The notes below the pieces were generated by a model, which worked only from the letters and a program-made list of their open reading frames with translations, did not search any database and was not told where the DNA came from. A program made the position numbers and the translations under genes. Shown one piece after another: positions 60,277 to 64,000 of a stretch of DNA of 64,000 bases. Position 1 is the stretch's first letter, and every line of letters starts with the position of its first letter. Source of the DNA: Spirochaetaceae bacterium (GTDB lineage Bacteria; Spirochaetota; Spirochaetia; DSM-2461); contig OZ245056.1 in the NCBI GenBank assembly GCA_965224705.1, positions 1,920,001 through 1,984,000 on the forward strand, given 5' to 3'.

Positions 60277-61959
60277 CTACAGATTTTTTGTTGGATTGAG
60301 TTTGTCTTCATCTTCCAGAGAGGCCCTGGTTTCTTCAACAGCTCGAATTATCTCAGGGAGGAGCTGTTTTTTCCGGGAAAGGATACCGGGAAGGCTGAGG
60401 ATACCGTCAGGCATCACCTCATACGGAAGGGAACGGACAACTTTACTCAAACCTCTGGTTAAAAGGACACTGTCTTCCTTCATTATATCTGTGATAAGGA
60501 GCATGACACCATCCAGAGTCTGGGATTCCTTCGTTTGGGTGAGGGCCTTCTGCAGGTTTTCGGAGACATCTTCCAGCCCTGATAGAGTTTGAACTTCCAC
60601 CTGACCGATACCGAAACGAATTGAACCTGATTCGTAAATTTTGAAATCTTCATTGACAGCATTCATGGGTTCAATTTCTACCAGGCGGGCACCTGAAGCG
60701 AACATCTCCTGACCCCATACCGTCCAGTCAACATCCGCATGACGGGCAAGGCCTTCCGCAGTCTGTCTGTCCTCATCCGTGGTGGTGGGAGATTTGAGTA
60801 AAACCGTATCCGAAAGGATTGCAGAAAGCATAAGGAGGGCGATTTCTGTCGATATGGCAACACCGTGTTGTCTGTATAATTGACGGAGGATGGTGCAGGT
60901 ACAGCCCACGGGTCGAGTATAGAGACTGAAGGGGTTTCGAGACATGATTGCCCCAACACGATGATGATCAATAATCTCAAGGATGTCAGCATCCCTGGCT
61001 CCAGGAATGCTTTGATCCAGTTCATTGTGATCGACCAGGATCAGTTTATTCCGGGGTCTGTTGAGAAAAGAACCTCGAGAGACAATGCCCACAAATTGCC
61101 CATTATCGAAGACTGGTAATCCCCTCAGGCCCGATGAGGATAGAATTGACTTTGCCTGGTCAAAACCTGTACTGGCTTCAAGAAGTTCTATTTTCGTTTC
61201 AACAATTCTCTCCAGAGGGGTGCTGAAGCGCAGAAGCCGGACTGTCTCCGCTGTATCAACATCGGAGAGATAAACAGAACCCGTATACTGGGAAAAATCC
61301 AGCTCTGTAACTTCCTCCCTGGTAGCACCCGTCAGTATGACGGCCGGAAAGTCATTACTTATGGCGTAATCAACAAGATCACGGCGCATACCGACAATAA
61401 GCAATGCCTGATTTGTTTTCAGAGCAGTTATACACTCAACACTTCGTTCAAACGGCATGGCTCCAATCATGATGGGAACTGTGAAATCTTCTGCTATTCC
61501 CTTATGCATCACACAGCCTGGTACAACCTTGGCAAGATTGTCGATGCGGAAATGGTATGCAGGTCTGGCCCCAAAAGTTTCTCTCATAAGAAAATGGCTC
61601 ACTTCAACGCTGCTGACAATGCCCTTATAGCTGCCATCCTCATCAAAAACCGGCAGCAGACTCACTCCTGTTTCATCAAGCACTCCTATGGCCGACTGTA
61701 GAGGGTCTTTTAATTCAAGACGAGGCACATCTCTATCCACCACATCGGCTACTTTTGTCCTTACATCCTTCATATACTGCGGTGGTTCAATGCCCAGTTT
61801 CGAAAAAACTGATCTGGTCTGGGCGTTGATATTACCACAGCGAACAGGAATGTAGCTGTTGTTCGGATCCACTTTATTCTTCAAATGGGCGTATACATAA
61901 GCCGAAGCTATTGAGTCGAAATCGGGATTTCTATGTCCGGAAATATAGATTCTACTCAT
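60277..61959 (-). CDS. ppaC: Family II Mn-dependent inorganic pyrophosphatase with CBS/DRTGG insert
   Basis: GH.NPD.DSI, LVDHNE, IIDHH, ILSDT.L.KSPTTT, SRKKQ; CBS-like insert. Confidence 0.88.
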   Translation of the reverse strand: MSRIYISGHRNPDFDSIASAYVYAHLKNKVDPNNSYIPVRCGNINAQTRSVFSKLGIEPPQYMKDVRTKVADVVDRDVPRLELKDPLQSAIGVLDETGVSLLPVFDEDGSYKGIVSSVEVSHFLMRETFGARPAYHFRIDNLAKVVPGCVMHKGIAEDFTVPIMIGAMPFERSVECITALKTNQALLIVGMRRDLVDYAISNDFPAVILTGATREEVTELDFSQYTGSVYLSDVDTAETVRLLRFSTPLERIVETKIELLEASTGFDQAKSILSSSGLRGLPVFDNGQFVGIVSRGSFLNRPRNKLILVDHNELDQSIPGARDADILEIIDHHRVGAIMSRNPFSLYTRPVGCTCTILRQLYRQHGVAISTEIALLMLSAILSDTVLLKSPTTTDEDRQTAEGLARHADVDWTVWGQEMFASGARLVEIEPMNAVNEDFKIYESGSIRFGIGQVEVQTLSGLEDVSENLQKALTQTKESQTLDGVMLLITDIMKEDSVLLTRGLSKVVRSLPYEVMPDGILSLPGILSRKKQLLPEIIRAVEETRASLEDEDKLNPTKNL

Positions 61960-62013
61960 AAGTACTCCATTTTAGCATCAGTTCCAGGCTTTGACGATTC
62001 CTTTCGAGATATA

Positions 62014-62616
62014 TCAGCACGATTCGGTGAGGATTATTCCCCTGTGTTCCATGGTTTTGACAGCCTGTTCAAGATTGCCTTCAGGTAAATCCACACCCCG
62101 TGCGGCATCAATGAGAACGACTGTTTCAAATCCTGCGCTGTGAGCATCCAGAGCACTGTAGAAGACACAGAAATCTGTAGCTAATCCACAAAGGTACACC
62201 TTATTCACTCCTCTGCTCCTCAGATATGCTGTAAGCCCTGTCGATGTGTGATGGTCGTTTTCAAGAAAAGCAGAATAGGAATCAAGATTCTTAGAGTTCC
62301 CTTTTCGAATGATTATGCTGGCTGAATTGAGATTGAGATCGGGATGGAAATCAGCCCCTTTACTGCCCTGTATACAGTGATCGGGCCATAGTACCTGTCT
62401 GCCGGAAGTAAGTTCAATTGATTCGCCAGGATTTCGATCATGACTGGATGCGAAAGAAACATGGCCCCGGGGATGCCAATCCTGAGTGGCCACTGTGACA
62501 GGAAATCGATCATGCAGGGCGTTAATCCGGGGCACAACATCCTCACCTCCGGGAACAGCCAGGGCTCCTCCAGAACAAAAATCATTCTGTACATCCACAA
62601 TAATAAGTGCTTCCAT
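62014..62616 (-). CDS. pncA: Nicotinamidase/pyrazinamidase
   Basis: VDVQNDF..GG.LAV, QDWHP..H.SF, WPDHC, KG....DSYSAF, GLATDFCV. Confidence 0.93.
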   Translation of the reverse strand: MEALIIVDVQNDFCSGGALAVPGGEDVVPRINALHDRFPVTVATQDWHPRGHVSFASSHDRNPGESIELTSGRQVLWPDHCIQGSKGADFHPDLNLNSASIIIRKGNSKNLDSYSAFLENDHHTSTGLTAYLRSRGVNKVYLCGLATDFCVFYSALDAHSAGFETVVLIDAARGVDLPEGNLEQAVKTMEHRGIILTESC

Positions 62617-62770
62617 CGTCGGAAATCTCCTGTCCGAAGAATATACAGGTATTGAGAAGGATTGTAAATGATCCTCTCCCACCCTCATTCCTCAAAGAGC
62701 ACTGCCAGGTTGTGCGGGCATTCTAACCGCAACGTGATGGCGAAAAAGTTTGATCTGCGAACTGATTGTT

Positions 62771-63436
62771 TTAAAGGGAGCCTTTATTCATTTCCTCTAT
62801 CCGGGCAATTATACGCGCTGAATCGTCCTTTTCAATGGCCTTTATCTGGACAGGAGGAGGGGATAGACTGTAGATCTGATGAGACAGGGTTATCGCTGTG
62901 CTATAATCATGGGTCACCAGAACAACAGTTTTTCCAGTTAAATGTCTGGTGACACGCTCCAGAATGCGGTTTCTCAGAGAGGGATCCAGAGAAGAGAATG
63001 GCTCATCGAGGAGAAGTGTTTTACCTGGAGCCAGAAGCGCACGGGCCAGGGCAACACGGCGAGCCATACCACCGCTGATCTGCCCGGGCAGTTTCCTGAT
63101 GGCATCACCAAGTTCCAGATCTTCCAGAAGAACCATGGCCTCTTCCCTTCTGATCTTCCTGGATAGGCGATGATCCATGGCATACATGGCATTTTCAATA
63201 ATGGGCCTCCAGGGGAGCAGGCGATCCTCCTGAAAAACACAGGAAACAGGCTCAGTACAGCTAATCTCTCCATCATCAGGGCGAATGAGACCTGCGATGA
63301 TATTCAGCAGGGTCGTTTTTCCACACCCTGAAGGACCTGCGAGACTGATTATCTCCCCATCGGATACAGATAAACTCAGACTTCGGAACAGAAGATTCTC
63401 CCCGAAGGATTTGTTGATGTTTCTAAGCCTGATCAT
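62771..63436 (-). CDS. ABC transporter ATP-binding protein (NitT/TauT-like)
   Basis: GPSGCGKT, VFQEDRLLPW, SGGMARRV, LDEPF. Confidence 0.85.
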   Translation of the reverse strand: MIRLRNINKSFGENLLFRSLSLSVSDGEIISLAGPSGCGKTTLLNIIAGLIRPDDGEISCTEPVSCVFQEDRLLPWRPIIENAMYAMDHRLSRKIRREEAMVLLEDLELGDAIRKLPGQISGGMARRVALARALLAPGKTLLLDEPFSSLDPSLRNRILERVTRHLTGKTVVLVTHDYSTAITLSHQIYSLSPPPVQIKAIEKDDSARIIARIEEMNKGSL

Positions 63437-64000
63437 GCTGGTTGTCCATGTGTTTGCGTAAAATAGAGAAGAATAAATCGATCCCCACCGTTAACAGGAT
63501 GACTAAAAGAGACCAGGAAAAAACGCCTGCCGTATTCAATCGGGCCCGTTCGATTTGAAGTATTGTTCCAATACCCATTGCAGGCTGACTGAGAACTTCC
63601 GCTGCAACAGCGACCTTCATCGTCAAACCGGTACCAGCCATCATTCCTGATATAAGGTGGGGACGCAGGGCGGGAAGAATAAAATGCCGCAGAGTCCTGA
63701 TCCAGGAGATTCGAAAAACCTGATGCATCTCCATCAGCCTGGAATCCAGATGACGAATACCTGTCAGAACAGCAGTATACAGCACCGGAAAAACAATGAG
63801 AGTACACACAAAAATAACAGCTGTATTGGACTTGAACCAGATGAGGGAGAGAAGAATGACTCCCATGGTCGGTAAGGATTTCATTACGGCAATAATCGGC
63901 TCAAGCACGAAGGCAATTCGGCTGACAAATCCTGAAATCACACCTGTGAGCAGTGCTGCTATGACGTTTAAAAGAAAGGAGAAAAGTGCCCGGCTGACCG
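63423..64000 (-). CDS. ABC transporter permease (NitT/TauT-like), 5'-partial
   Basis: Reading frame open to the window edge; EM..VF, KVAVAAEVL, GIG. Confidence 0.8.
   Translation of the reverse strand, partial: VSRALFSFLLNVIAALLTGVISGFVSRIAFVLEPIIAVMKSLPTMGVILLSLIWFKSNTAVIFVCTLIVFPVLYTAVLTGIRHLDSRLMEMHQVFRISWIRTLRHFILPALRPHLISGMMAGTGLTMKVAVAAEVLSQPAMGIGTILQIERARLNTAGVFSWSLLVILLTVGIDLFFSILRKHMDNQHDQA

Overview
Spirochaete-like chromosomal window (Spirochaetales inferred from cheX, a DUF6675-like protein, a DAHP synthase-prephenate dehydratase fusion and spirochaetal lipoboxes). Housekeeping flanks: 1-17 kb holds a BioY ECF transporter, nth, aroA, gap, an oppA-like gene, aroF-pheA, rnb and tRNA-Phe. 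39-64 kb holds oppABCDF, a cheA-like/cheX/cheY cluster, ddl, metF, aroQ, an acyl-CoA synthetase, GTP-PEPCK, nrdJ, a CBS-PPase and pncA. Between them lies an accessory region of about 22 kb (17.1-39.1 kb) with: (i) three tandem, mosaic AAA-ATPase/PD-(D/E)XK genes; (ii) a 673-nt group II intron with an internally deleted RT ORF, inserted precisely into the hairpin core of a MITE-like repeat (the same core sits uninterrupted in three other repeats here, inside two different terminal-inverted-repeat shells); (iii) a tandem array of Rpn-like genes. All four copies that retain the 3' end carry a strong internal RBS+ATG for a 58-62 aa C-terminal protein, which stays intact even where the long gene is broken; (iv) a repeated leader of up to about 300 bp that also brackets unrelated cargo (a two-gene module and a roughly 2,140 aa Ig-repeat/DUF285 lipoprotein); (v) an IS1634 element inserted at a stop codon. 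All family assignments are motif recognition by eye, not database searches. Near-identical tandem repeats may include assembly artefacts.
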